The notes under the pieces are model-generated. The model was not told where the DNA came from. It did no database searches and saw only the letters and a program-made list of their open reading frames with translations. From assembly GCA_965219085.1 (NCBI GenBank), contig OZ244720.1, positions 64,001-128,000 of the forward strand: 64,000 nucleotides of DNA, given 5' to 3'. Positions 13,367 to 25,028 of the stretch are shown piece after piece. Position numbers and translations under genes: made by a program. The DNA comes from Dehalococcoidia bacterium (GTDB lineage Bacteria > Chloroflexota > Dehalococcoidia > UBA2979). How positions within the stretch are numbered: position 1 is the first letter of the stretch; the number at the start of each line of letters is the position of its first letter.

Positions 13367-14338
13367 TCAATTCACATTCGGGAGGCGGGACCACTCGTCC
13401 TGCTGTTCGAAGAGCAGGTCGTGCATCTCCCGGAACTTGCCCTCGCTCCCGGCGCACTCGGCAGCGGCATGCGCAGCCGCCGCGTTCGGGTGGATCTGCG
13501 TGAGCGGGAAGTGCAGGAAGGCGAGCGCGACGTCGTCACCGATGCGCGACCGGATGTCCGGGAGCGTGTCGTAGTACCAGCGCTGGCAGAACGGGCACTG
13601 GAAGTCGCTGAACTCGACGATCACGACGCTGGCGCCGGGGTCTCCCTCGGTGGGGGCGCCGCTGACGTCGGGACGTTCGGGGAGAATCGCGAAGGCGGGA
13701 GGGTCTCGCTCGGCGAGTTGCCGGATCGCCGGCGGATACTCATCGATGCTGGTCGGACTGCCTGCGAGTTCGGCGGCGATCAGCGCGGCGAACAGGGCGG
13801 CCGGCTGCGCGCCCGAAATCCGCTTGTTGTTGACGAAGAACGTCGGTGTGCCCTGGACGCCAAGATCGATTCCGCGCTGGAGCTGTGCTCCGATGGCTTC
13901 GTACGTGGCTGGGTCCTCGAGGCACTCGCTGAAGCGGTCGGCATCGAGACCGAGGGAGGCGGCATAGCCGCCGAGTGCTTCTCCGAGCGTAGCGGGGCGT
14001 GAAGGCGGCGCCTGTGTGGCAGGTGTGGTCTGCCCGGCGGGTGTGGCAGCCGGAGCGGGCGAGATCCGCGCGACATCGTCTGCCAGCGACTCGACGGCGG
14101 CGGTCAGGGCGGCGAGGGCCGGAGCGACGGGTTCGGAAGGAGCGTGCTCCTGATCGGCCAGGAAGATGGCGCCGACGATGGCCGCGGCGCCGATCAGGAT
14201 CGCGATCGGGGTGAGGAAGGAGGTCCAGAGTGGTGGGGGGATCGGCTCGTTGGTTGAGTCAGGAGGAACCGGATCACCGCGACCGGCCGTAGGGTCCGGT
14301 TCCGCGTCTGGCTCCTGTGGGGCGACATCCTCGGGCAT
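13367..14338 (-). CDS. Membrane-anchored DsbA/BdbD-like thioredoxin-fold protein, circularly permuted
   Basis: TM helix, then GVQGTPTFFVN..ISGAQP, then EFSDFQCPFC..HFPL..HPNA..AAECA..GKF.EMHD.LF. Confidence 0.85.
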   Translation of the reverse strand: MPEDVAPQEPDAEPDPTAGRGDPVPPDSTNEPIPPPLWTSFLTPIAILIGAAAIVGAIFLADQEHAPSEPVAPALAALTAAVESLADDVARISPAPAATPAGQTTPATQAPPSRPATLGEALGGYAASLGLDADRFSECLEDPATYEAIGAQLQRGIDLGVQGTPTFFVNNKRISGAQPAALFAALIAAELAGSPTSIDEYPPAIRQLAERDPPAFAILPERPDVSGAPTEGDPGASVVIVEFSDFQCPFCQRWYYDTLPDIRSRIGDDVALAFLHFPLTQIHPNAAAAHAAAECAGSEGKFREMHDLLFEQQDEWSRLPNVN

Positions 14339-14469
14339 CGGGCGATGCTAGGGCGCGGGCGATGGCTCGGGCAAACGGGCCTCGTGGCGTCTGCTCCTCG
14401 ATGGAGCCTGCGAGCAGGCGGCCTCGTGGAGCGCTTGCCGCACTCTCCGCCTCGGCGGACACTCCCCAC

Positions 14470-15519
14470 ATGGTCTCCGCCGCCACCGCCCGCGTCCGCG
14501 CCGCCCTCGAGGCGCGCGAGGCGCTGCTCGCGCCGGGCGCGGCACGCGAAGGCGACTCCCCCGGTCGCGAACGGCCCGAGCCGCCCGACCCGCTGCGCCT
14601 CGCCTGGCAGGTCGACCGCGACCGCATCATCCACACCCGCGCCTTCCGGCGGCTCAAGCACAAGACCCAGGTCTTCGTCGCGCCGGACTCCGACCACGTC
14701 GTCACCCGCATGACCCACACCATCGAGGTGCAGCAGATCGCGCGCACGATCGCCCGCGCGCTCGGCCTCAACGAGGACCTGGCCGAGGCGATCGCGTTCG
14801 GACACGACCTCGGCCACACGCCGTTCGGCCACGCCGGCGAGGAGCGCCTGGGCGAGCTGCTGCCCGGCGGCTTCCGCCACAACGCGCAGTCGCTTCGCAT
14901 CGTCGAGCTGCTCGAACGCGACGGGCGTGGCCTCAATCTCATGGCCGACACGCGCGAGGGCATCTACATGCACTCGAAGGAGCTGTCCTCGGTCGCCGCC
15001 GAGGGCTGGGGCGTCGCCTCGACGCTCGAGGGCCAGATCGTGAAGCTCGCCGACTCGATCGCGTACCTCAACCACGACATCGAGGACGCCGTGCGCGCGG
15101 GCCTGCTCGCCGAGGGCGACCTACCCGACGCCGTCCACGACACGCTCGGCACGACCCACTCACAGCGCATCGACCGGCTGGTGACGGACTGCGTCGAGGC
15201 GTCGCAGGCAGCGGCGAACGCGTCGCGGAGCGCCGCGAGCCGCATCGAGCTCAGCGCCGAGGTGCTGCACGCCACCGACGAGCTGCGCGCGTTCCTGTTC
15301 GAGCGAGTCTACCTCGCGCCTCCGGTGATCGAGGCGGCCGAGCGCGGGCAGCGCGTGATCGGGGCGCTGTTCACGTACTACAAGCGCCACCCCGATCAGA
15401 TCGAGGGCTTCTCGCTGCCGGACGATCCGCCGTGGCGGCGCGCGGCCGACTACGTGTCGGGGATGACCGACGGGTTCGCCCTGCGCCGGGCTGCAGAGCT
15501 CGCGCTCAGGACCGAGTGA
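14470..15519 (+). CDS. dgt: Deoxyguanosinetriphosphate triphosphohydrolase (HD family)
   Basis: DRDRIIH..AFRRLKHKTQVF, TRMTHTIEV, HDLGHTPFGHAGE, ADSIAYLNHDIED, DYVSGMTD. Confidence 0.95.
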   Translation: MVSAATARVRAALEAREALLAPGAAREGDSPGRERPEPPDPLRLAWQVDRDRIIHTRAFRRLKHKTQVFVAPDSDHVVTRMTHTIEVQQIARTIARALGLNEDLAEAIAFGHDLGHTPFGHAGEERLGELLPGGFRHNAQSLRIVELLERDGRGLNLMADTREGIYMHSKELSSVAAEGWGVASTLEGQIVKLADSIAYLNHDIEDAVRAGLLAEGDLPDAVHDTLGTTHSQRIDRLVTDCVEASQAAANASRSAASRIELSAEVLHATDELRAFLFERVYLAPPVIEAAERGQRVIGALFTYYKRHPDQIEGFSLPDDPPWRRAADYVSGMTDGFALRRAAELALRTE

Positions 15520-15689
15520 GTCGGTCCGCACGGGCGGCCCGGTCGCTTACAATCGTGGCGCGCTGAGGGGACACGACCCGAGCCCGCTTGGCGCCGCTTC
15601 TGGCCTATCTCCCCCGATCCGGATCGCGAACCGTGCGCTCGACCCGCCTTGTGCTCGAACGGCGCGCGGCTCCTGACACGAGGAGCTAG

Positions 15690-16772
15690 ATGCCTGGCCG
15701 GGCCGGATCGTGCCTCGTCCGCGTGTTCGCCCTCCTCGCCGCATTCGCCGTGGCCGCCGCGCTCACGGCAGGAGCCGTGCTCCTGCTCCTCGACACCGAC
15801 GAGGAGGTGGAAGCGCCACCGCCCGCCGAGCCGACGGAGTCCCCTGCGCCGATCGCGGAGCGCCCCACGATGGCGCGGAGCACGCACGCGCTGGACGCGC
15901 CGGGGAGCGGCGGCTGGTCGCGCGGTACGCTGACCGCGGGCACGCCGCTGCGCATCGAGGGACGCTCGGCGGACAGCCAGTGGGTGGCCGTCACCGAGCT
16001 CGGCGCCGACGGCGCCTCGGCGGCCTCGCCGGTGGCGGGGTGGGTCCCCATCGACGCGCTTGCAGGCCTGAGCGACATCGACTCGCTGGAGGTGGTCGAT
16101 GCGCGGTCGTACCGGTTGCCGGTGGCGACATCCACCGCGGAGCCGGAGACCGAGGCACGTCCGACCCTGCCGCCCGACCTGCCGGACCTGGTCGTGCGTG
16201 AGGTCTTCGCGCGCGAGAACCGGCTCGTCGTCCTGGTCGCGAACGAAGGGAGCGGGGATGCCGACGGCGCGATCGAGGCCAGCGTCGACGGCGGCCCGTT
16301 CCGGCGCATCGACACCGGGAAGGCGCTGCGGCCCGGCGACGAGCTGGAGCGCACCGTCGAAGGGGCGTACGTGCAGCGCCGCTCCCGCGTATCGATCACG
16401 CTCCGCACGCCCGGCATGGAGGAGGAGAACACCGACAACAACGCGTTCGAGGGCGAAGTGGCGCCGGACATGTACAACGACATCGAGGTCCTGGGCGTCG
16501 CGATCGACCCGGACGGGGGCCACATCGTCGTCGAGCTGCGCAACAACAGCCCGATCCCGCTGGTGGGCGCAGTGACGCTCGCCGTGTACGAGTCGACGCC
16601 CGACGGTCCGCTGTTGCTGCGGGACGAGCTCCCGCTGGACGTGGAGGCCGGGGCGACGAGCCGCTACGATCTGCGGGCGTTGACGGACGTCGATGCCGCC
16701 TCGATCCTCGTGACCGTCTCGACCGACGCGATCAGTGACGCAGACAGCGAGAACAACACGTACCCGCGATGA
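15690..16772 (+). CDS. Membrane-anchored exported protein with SH3-like and CARDB-like domains
   Basis: N-terminal TM; IEGRSADSQWV..GWVP (SH3b-like); LPDLVV..VANEG..EENTDNN and DADSENN (CARDB-like). Confidence 0.6.
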   Translation: MPGRAGSCLVRVFALLAAFAVAAALTAGAVLLLLDTDEEVEAPPPAEPTESPAPIAERPTMARSTHALDAPGSGGWSRGTLTAGTPLRIEGRSADSQWVAVTELGADGASAASPVAGWVPIDALAGLSDIDSLEVVDARSYRLPVATSTAEPETEARPTLPPDLPDLVVREVFARENRLVVLVANEGSGDADGAIEASVDGGPFRRIDTGKALRPGDELERTVEGAYVQRRSRVSITLRTPGMEEENTDNNAFEGEVAPDMYNDIEVLGVAIDPDGGHIVVELRNNSPIPLVGAVTLAVYESTPDGPLLLRDELPLDVEAGATSRYDLRALTDVDAASILVTVSTDAISDADSENNTYPR

Positions 16773-17173
16773 CCACACAACCCGACGCCACCGCCCTCCG
16801 CGCCCGCCTCGAGGCGTCGCGAGCGTCGCTGCTCGACGCGATCGCGCGCCTCACCGAGCAGGACTTCGCCTTGGACCTCGGCGACGGCGAGAGCGTCGTC
16901 GGCACGCTGGCCGCGCTCGCCGCCGACGAGCGCGAAGCAGCCGCCGAGGTCGGCGGCGATGCCGTGGTCCTGCCGGGCCGAGAGTCGACCGCCTCGCTGG
17001 CCCCACAGGTCATCCACGACCTCGCGGGCGCGCGCTTCGAGACACTGCGCGTCCTCGACGCCGTCGAGGGCTCGGCCGAGCCAGCCGAGGCCGTGATCGC
17101 GGCGATCACCGCGACGGCGGAGCGCGAGGAGGCCGCGGCGGCGCGGATTCGCGCGAGATTTGCGAGCGAGTGA
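16769..17173 (+). CDS. Hypothetical protein, degenerate DinB-like helical bundle
   Basis: LEASRASLLDAIARLTEQDF..SV..TLA resembles the DinB N-terminus, but His ligands are missing; ATGA overlap with the upstream gene. Confidence 0.5.
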   Translation: MTTQPDATALRARLEASRASLLDAIARLTEQDFALDLGDGESVVGTLAALAADEREAAAEVGGDAVVLPGRESTASLAPQVIHDLAGARFETLRVLDAVEGSAEPAEAVIAAITATAEREEAAAARIRARFASE

Positions 17174-17221
17174 CGCCGACCCGTAACGATCCGGCCGGAT
17201 TGGTGTCTTAACAGATAGACC

Positions 17222-19367
17222 ATGAGCACCATCGAAGACGTCAAGACGCGCCTCGACATTGTCGAGACCGTGGGGAGCTACGTCCCCAATCTCAAGCGCA
17301 GCGGGCGCACGTGGAAGGCGAACTGCCCCTTCCACAACGAGCGCACGCCCTCCTTCATCGTCGACCCCTCGCGCGGGAGCTGGCACTGCTTCGGCGCCTG
17401 CTCGACCGGCGGCGACGTGATCGAGTTCGTGCGCCGCATCGAGGGGCTCGACTTCCGCGAGGCCCTCGGCCGCTGCGCCGAGCGCGCCGGCGTCGAGCTG
17501 CGCCCGCCCACGCGTCGCGAGGTCGAACGCCGCGAGGAGCACGAGCGGCTGCTGGCCGCCAACGACGCGGCGACGCTGTTCTACCAGGCGCAGCTCGCCG
17601 GTGCGCGCGGCGCCGAGGCGCGCGAGTACGCCGAGCGCCGGGGCCTCGACGCCGCGACGCAGCGCGAATGGCAGATCGGGTACGCCCCCGACGCGTGGAG
17701 CGCCCTCACCGACCACCTCACGGCGCGCGGGTTCCGCGACGAGGAGCTCGTCGCGGCGGGCCTCGCGATCGAGGGTGAGCGTGGCCTCTACGACCGCTTC
17801 CGCGGGCGGCTCATCTTCCCCACCCGCGACGTGCGCGGGCGCATGGTCGGCTTCGGCGGCCGCGCGCTCGGCAAGGACCAGGAGCCGAAGTACCTGAACA
17901 CGCCGCGCACGCCGCTGTTCGACAAGAGCGGCACCCTCTTCGGCCTCGACCGCGGCGGTATCGAGGCGCGGCGCCAGGACCGGCTCATCGTCGTCGAGGG
18001 CTACATGGACGTCATTGCCTGCCACCAGGCGGGCATCGAGAACGTCGCCGCCTCGATGGGCACGGCGATCACCGAGCCGCAGATGCAGCTCATCAAGCGC
18101 TTCACCCCGAACGTCGTGATCGCGCTCGACGCCGACAACGCCGGCTCCGAGGCGACCATTCGCGCCGTCGAGGTGGCCTCCGGCGCCGCCGACCAGGACA
18201 CCGTCGCCACCATCGACTGGCGTGGGCTCGTCTCGTACCAGAACGTGCTGCAGGCCGACATCCGCATCGCCGCACTACCCGAGGGCGAGGACCCGGACTC
18301 GCTCGTGCGCTCCGATCCCGCGCGGCTGCGCGCGCTCATCGACGACTCAAAGCCCGTCGCCGACCACCTCTTCGAGGCGATCGCGGAGCGTACGGACCTC
18401 GACGACCCTCGCGCGCGTTCGCGGGCGGTCGAGTCGATCGTGCCGACCGTGGCGGCGATGGCCGATCCGATCGTGCGGGCGGAGTACGTGCAGCGTCTCG
18501 CCCGCCTCGGCCGCGTCGACGAGCGGACGGTGCTCGGGCTGCTCGCGCGCCGCGCCCCGGCGCAGCGGCGTGTACGCCGGGACAACGATGGGCCGCCGCC
18601 CCCGGGGCCGGACGACGCAGCACCGGCGCGCCCGGTACCCGTGCCGTCGGCACGCGAACTCGCGCAGGCGACGCGCCGCGCGTCGCACGCGGGCACGGCG
18701 GACCCCGCGGCCGGCGACGACATGCACCCGGGCGAGGTGCAGCTGCTGCGCCTGCTGCTGTTGCGGCCGGAGTGCCGCGACGCGGGCCTCGAGCTCGACG
18801 CCGACACGTTCGAGCACGGCCTGAACCGACAGCTTTTTGAGACGTGGTGCGAGGTTGACGGCTTCGAGGAACGGATCGACGAACTCAGTGAGGATCTTCA
18901 AGCACACTACGTCCTGCTTTCGGGGAAGGGACTCTCGGAGGGGGACGAGACCATGACGGGGCCCCAAATCGGCGAAGTGGTGAGGAGAACCGCAGAAGCC
19001 CTGCGCAAACGCCGGCGTCAGGAACGCCTCACCGTGGAGAGCTTCGCCGTCGCGCACGAAGTCGCAGAAGCTAGGCGCGAGGGTGCCGACATGCTTGAAT
19101 TCGCCCGTCTTGCTTACGAGAGTGGACCGCTCCCGCCCGGCAGCACCAATGCTAAGGCGGAACTCGCAGCGACCCTCGTGGAACTCAGCCGACAACAACG
19201 CGATGAAATCCGGGCAAGCGCTTCCCAAGGGGCGGAAGAGGTCGCGGACGGCCTCGAGAGCGGCGATAATGGGTCCACCGCATGGACCGACGAACGAGCG
19301 TACGAGCAGGCGAGCGCCGGCGCGCCCTCACGGGCGACGACGGCAACGGGAGTGATGGAGGAGCCAG

Positions 19368-19384
<17 letters not shown>
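17222..19384 (+). CDS. dnaG: DNA primase
   Basis: [18 protein letters not shown] zinc finger, [39 protein letters not shown]. Confidence 0.97.
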
Positions 19385-20885
<1,501 letters not shown>

Positions 20886-20930
20886 CTCAGGTAGACTCTC
20901 CGCGAACGTGGGACCGGAAAGGGAGCCACC

Positions 20931-21176
20931 GTGCCAATCTACGAGTACCGCTGCCTCGAGGAAGCCTGCAAGGCAGAGTACGAGGATCGCCGCTCCTTCT
21001 CCGCCATGGACGAGACGCGCGCATGCCCGACGTGCGGCTCGAACTCGACCGAGCGCAAGGTCAGCATGAGCTTCGCCTACGTCGGCAGCTACGGTAGCTC
21101 CGACACCGGCCCCCCGCTCGACGACTTCGACCCGGAGGGCGGGCTGCCCGACGACTTCGACTTCGACGACTTTTAG
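20931..21176 (+). CDS. FmdB-family zinc ribbon protein (copy 1)
   Basis: MPIYEYRC...C..CPTCGS; acidic tail; AAGGGAG upstream. Confidence 0.85.
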   Translation: MPIYEYRCLEEACKAEYEDRRSFSAMDETRACPTCGSNSTERKVSMSFAYVGSYGSSDTGPPLDDFDPEGGLPDDFDFDDF

Positions 21177-21206
21177 CGGCCCGACGGGGCGGCACGGAGG
21201 CCGACC

Positions 21207-21476
21207 ATGCCGATCTACGAGTACCGCTGCAGCGACTGCGAGACGGAGTACGACCAACTCCGGTCGATAGCGACGATGGACGATGCGAGAGCGTGTCCCG
21301 AGTGCGGCTCGATGGCGACTGAGCGCCGGCTGCCTTCGCGCTTCGCGCTCTCGACCGGCGCCCAGCGGGACGACCGCGGCGCCTACGACAACGGCGTCGC
21401 CGCCGAGTACGCGCGCGTCCAGCGCCAGCCCGACCCGGACGCGATGACCACCGAGGAGTGGTTCCACGCACCGTAG
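21207..21476 (+). CDS. FmdB-family zinc ribbon protein (copy 2)
   Basis: [17 protein letters not shown]; GGAGG upstream. Confidence 0.85.
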   Translation: MPIYEYRCSDCETEYDQLRSIATMDDARACPECGSMATERRLPSRFALSTGAQRDDRGAYDNGVAAEYARVQRQPDPDAMTTEEWFHAP

Positions 21477-21509
21477 GCCGCTCGACCGGCCACTCGACGG
21501 GGCGGGCCC

Positions 21510-22262
21510 TCAACCGCCCGCTTCGGTGACCCCATCGGAATCCACGACCGGCGCCGCGCCCACCGCGAGCGCCGGTCGCGTGCCACGCGCGTACCGCTCG
21601 TAGCCGAATCCGGCGAGCCACAGCAGGGCTCCGCACGCCACGGTGAACAGTCCGACGGCCAACGTCACGTCGAACCAGAAGCCCTGCGCATACATCTGCA
21701 CCAGGTGGTCCCGCTTCGGGTCGAGCTGCCAGAAGTCGTTCGCGAACGAGAGCACGTGGAACTGCCGGAACAGCGAGTCGAACCCGACCACCACCGCCGA
21801 CGCGGCCACACCCAGCAGCGCGACGGTCCCGATCCCCGCGAGGCGCAGTCGACTCGCCAGCTCATCGATCGGCCGCTCGCGGTTCCATACCAGTACGGCG
21901 ACGACGAATGCCACGACGTACACGAAGGCGGCCTCGTGCACGCGGAACGTGAAGCCGATCAGGTCCTTCACATCCTTCATGTGCAGCACCTCACGCTCGT
22001 TGAAGAGCGGCTGCTCTTGCCCGTCGACGGTCACGTGGACGGCGAGGAATTCGTCCTCGTTGCGGAAGTAGCGGATGATGTCGCGCGCCGCCCGGTCGAG
22101 TTGGGCGCGGTCGATGCCGGTCCGCTCGACGGCGTCGTAGCGTGAGAAGCCGTACTCGTGCACGCGCGGCTCGACCGCGGCGATGCGCACGAAGGTCAGC
22201 ACGAGGAACACGGGCACCGCGACGATGAACAGCCCGGTCGCGACGCGTCGGAGTACCAGCAC
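21510..22262 (-). CDS. TIGR01906/DUF1461-like integral membrane protein
   Basis: FNEREVLHMKDVKDL, FDSLFRQFH..F.ND.W.LDP..D.LVQM motifs; start chosen from TATACT-N6-GTG. Confidence 0.85.
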   Translation of the reverse strand: MLVLRRVATGLFIVAVPVFLVLTFVRIAAVEPRVHEYGFSRYDAVERTGIDRAQLDRAARDIIRYFRNEDEFLAVHVTVDGQEQPLFNEREVLHMKDVKDLIGFTFRVHEAAFVYVVAFVVAVLVWNRERPIDELASRLRLAGIGTVALLGVAASAVVVGFDSLFRQFHVLSFANDFWQLDPKRDHLVQMYAQGFWFDVTLAVGLFTVACGALLWLAGFGYERYARGTRPALAVGAAPVVDSDGVTEAGG

Positions 22263-22315
22263 CCGCCGAGTATACTGCCGGGCATGGCGGGGAGCCCGAT
22301 GACCAGGTACGCACC

Positions 22316-23323
22316 GTGACCGCTCCCGGAGGGCCCCACCCCTCCCTCGACCCCATCCTCGACGCGTTCGGGCTCGCGCCCAGCGAGGTGCAGGCGTTCG
22401 ACCCGGCACACCCGCACGTCGACGCGCAGCGCCCGCTGCTGATCCTCGCCCCGCAGCGCGAACCGGCCGCGAGCGTCATCGCGGACCGCTACCCGCCGGG
22501 GCACGGCGTTATGTCGCTGACGACCGAGGGGGTCACGGAGACGACCACGGACGCCCTCGACCCCGGTGACTCGGCCGAGGCGTGGCTCGTCTCCACGCTC
22601 GCGCCCGAGCAGGACGCCCGGTCGCTGGCCGGGCTGCGCGGGATCATGGAGCGGCTCTACAGCCCCGACGGCTGCCCATGGGACTACGACCAGACCCACG
22701 AGTCGCTGCGCAGCTACCTCATCGAGGAGTCGTACGAGGCGATCGAGGCGATCGACCGCGGCGACCTCGAGGGGCTGCGCGAGGAGCTCGGCGACATCTT
22801 GCTGCAGGTGTTCTTCCACGCCGTCGTCGCGCAGGCGAGCGGCGCGTTCACCCTGGACGACGTGGCCGAGACGATTGCCCGCAAGATGGTGCGCCGCCAC
22901 CCGCATGTCTTCGGCGACGCGGAGCGGGGATCGACCGCCGAGGAGCAGTGGACGCGCTGGGACGCGATCAAGGCCGCCGAGCGCGCCGAAGCCGGCAAGA
23001 GCGGCGAGGACGATTCCCCGTTCGCCTCGCTCCCCGTCGCGCTACCGGCGCTGCAGCGCGCGCAGTCCGTGCTGGGCCGCGCGGCCCGCGCGGGGCTGGG
23101 CGAGGCGCCATCGGCCGACGCCGCGCTGCCCGAACTCGCCGCCGCCGTCGAGGCACTCGTGGTCGCGCCCGCCGCCGAGCGCGACGAGCGCCTCGGCGCG
23201 CTGCTGTGGGCCGCGGCCGCGTATGCCCGCGCCGGGGCTGTCGACGCGGAGAGCGCGCTGCGCGAGCGGACCACGCGCTTCATCGCCGAGGCGACCTCGG
23301 ACGCCGCGGACGGCGGCGACTAG
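22316..23323 (+). CDS. mazG: Nucleoside triphosphate pyrophosphohydrolase MazG with N-terminal extension
   Basis: GCPWDYDQTHESLRSYLIEESYE, EELGDILLQVFFH, KMVRRHPHVFG. Confidence 0.92.
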   Translation: MTAPGGPHPSLDPILDAFGLAPSEVQAFDPAHPHVDAQRPLLILAPQREPAASVIADRYPPGHGVMSLTTEGVTETTTDALDPGDSAEAWLVSTLAPEQDARSLAGLRGIMERLYSPDGCPWDYDQTHESLRSYLIEESYEAIEAIDRGDLEGLREELGDILLQVFFHAVVAQASGAFTLDDVAETIARKMVRRHPHVFGDAERGSTAEEQWTRWDAIKAAERAEAGKSGEDDSPFASLPVALPALQRAQSVLGRAARAGLGEAPSADAALPELAAAVEALVVAPAAERDERLGALLWAAAAYARAGAVDAESALRERTTRFIAEATSDAADGGD

Positions 23324-23418
23324 CGCCGGGCGATGATACCGGGGGGTGGTACACTGCGCGCCAGCAGTCACAGCACGCGCCGCGCAGTGCGCGGCCCCCG
23401 ACAGAGAGGACCTGATCC

Positions 23419-24003
23419 ATGGCCAGTGAGACCTCCGTAGTCACGCCCGAGCGCTTCGCCGAGGGCATCCAGACGTTCGAGGAGTGGATAGGCGCGATCG
23501 AGGTGCGCAAGACCGAGTTCCTGCGCCACTACGAGGAGTTCGACCCCAACGCGGACGACATCGCGGCGATCGCCAAGATGGTCGAGGAGCGCGGCGTGAA
23601 GGCGCTGTGCCTCGGCGAGGACTGGTGCCCGGACGTGTGGCGCGGCATTCCCGTCATCTCCAAGGTCTCCGAGGCGACCGGGATGGAGCTGCGGATCTTC
23701 TTCCGCGACAAGAACAAGGACATCATGTCCGAGTTCCTGAACCAGGGTGAGTTCGAGTCGATCCCGACCATCGTCTTCTACGATGGCGATCACAACTACC
23801 TCGGCCACTGGATCGAGCGTCCCGTGCTCGCCAACGATGAGATGGAGGGCCTGCGCGGCATGCTCAGCGGCGTCGAGCGCGGCACCCCGCAGTTCGACGA
23901 GGCGCGCGCCCGCTACGACGAAGAGACCTGGAAGCTGGCGGCGAACTGGCGTCACGCCTCGGTCGCGGAGTTCCGCACCATGCTCGAGGAGGCCCTCGGG
24001 TAG
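23419..24003 (+). CDS. Thioredoxin-like protein (Thioredoxin_9-type, single Cys)
   Basis: GEDWCPDV, SIPTIVF, WIERP; GAGGA upstream. Confidence 0.8.
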   Translation: MASETSVVTPERFAEGIQTFEEWIGAIEVRKTEFLRHYEEFDPNADDIAAIAKMVEERGVKALCLGEDWCPDVWRGIPVISKVSEATGMELRIFFRDKNKDIMSEFLNQGEFESIPTIVFYDGDHNYLGHWIERPVLANDEMEGLRGMLSGVERGTPQFDEARARYDEETWKLAANWRHASVAEFRTMLEEALG

Positions 24004-24031
24004 GGCGCGGGACGGGGACGGGAGAGCGACC

Positions 24032-24211
24032 ATGACGTTTGGACCCATCGGCCCCATGTCGGAGCAGCACGCGGAGGCCGAGGCGAAGCGCGTCGGCGAA
24101 CGCGCGCAACTGCACGGAGAGGGGCGCACCCTCGCGCACGACCTGCTCAACGCAGCGCTGCTGGTGCGACGCCTCGCGCGACGCCTGAGGCGGATGGTCA
24201 GCAGGCGCTGA
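24032..24211 (+). CDS. Small hypothetical protein (59 aa)
   Basis: GGAGAG upstream of ATG; plausible codon use; no recognised motif. Confidence 0.4.
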   Translation: MTFGPIGPMSEQHAEAEAKRVGERAQLHGEGRTLAHDLLNAALLVRRLARRLRRMVSRR

Positions 24212-24291
24212 CCGGAGCAATCGTCGGATGAATCCAGGAGGCGGCCTCACCGGCCGCCTCTTGCTATTCGGGTCCCGAGTCCGCTGGTGCG

Positions 24292-24921
24292 CTATAGGCC
24301 CGAGCGCTCCTCGGACGAACCTCGGCCGGGGCGTGCCGAGATGGGAACGGTCTCGGTCGCGGACGGCCGGCGTGGCGCAGCCGGGAGGCCCGGTGCGGAC
24401 GCGCCGTCCGCCTCGGCGGCAGCGTCTGCTTCCGCGCGCTCCTGCGTCGCGGTCTCCGCGAGGTCGCTCGCGCGCTGGCGCTGGGTGGAGCAATACGGGC
24501 AGTGCCGCCAGGCGTTCTGCAACAACCGTCTACACGAGGGGCACGGCTCCTTCAGCTCATAGCTGCAGAAGGCGCAGATCGCCCAGTCCTGGTCGACCGG
24601 CCGCCGGCACTGCGGGCACGTCGGCACCGCGTGCAGGTCGGAGAGGATCGCCTCCTGCTCGAGCTGGCGGTCGTAGGCCTCGCGTAGCGTCTCGCGCGGT
24701 CGCGCGATCAGGTACGCGGGGACGCCGACCAGTGGCAGCAGGACGATGATCGACATGGCGATGACCTGCGAGGCGATGTCGCGCGTACGACCGCGGATGT
24801 CGCGGTAGGCCCACAGCACGGACGCGGCCCAGATCAGGAACAGGTACGAGCCGATGACGAGCCCGAGGATCTTGCCGGTGGTCTGCCAGTCGCCGCCGGG
24901 CCAGCCGAAGGGTAGCTCCAC
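24292..24921 (-). CDS. Membrane protein with double zinc ribbon
   Basis: Two TM helices, YLIARPRETL, then CPQC/CAFC/CPSC/CPYC; GAGG before GTG 24921. Confidence 0.85.
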   Translation of the reverse strand: MELPFGWPGGDWQTTGKILGLVIGSYLFLIWAASVLWAYRDIRGRTRDIASQVIAMSIIVLLPLVGVPAYLIARPRETLREAYDRQLEQEAILSDLHAVPTCPQCRRPVDQDWAICAFCSYELKEPCPSCRRLLQNAWRHCPYCSTQRQRASDLAETATQERAEADAAAEADGASAPGLPAAPRRPSATETVPISARPGRGSSEERSGL

Positions 24922-25028
24922 GCGCGCCTCGCAGTTCGTGTTGGGGAACCCCGCAAGGCAGCGTACCATGAGCCATCGGGGTGGTCGCCGAAGCCGTCCC
25001 GCCGTCCTCCCCGCATCACCGGACGCCG

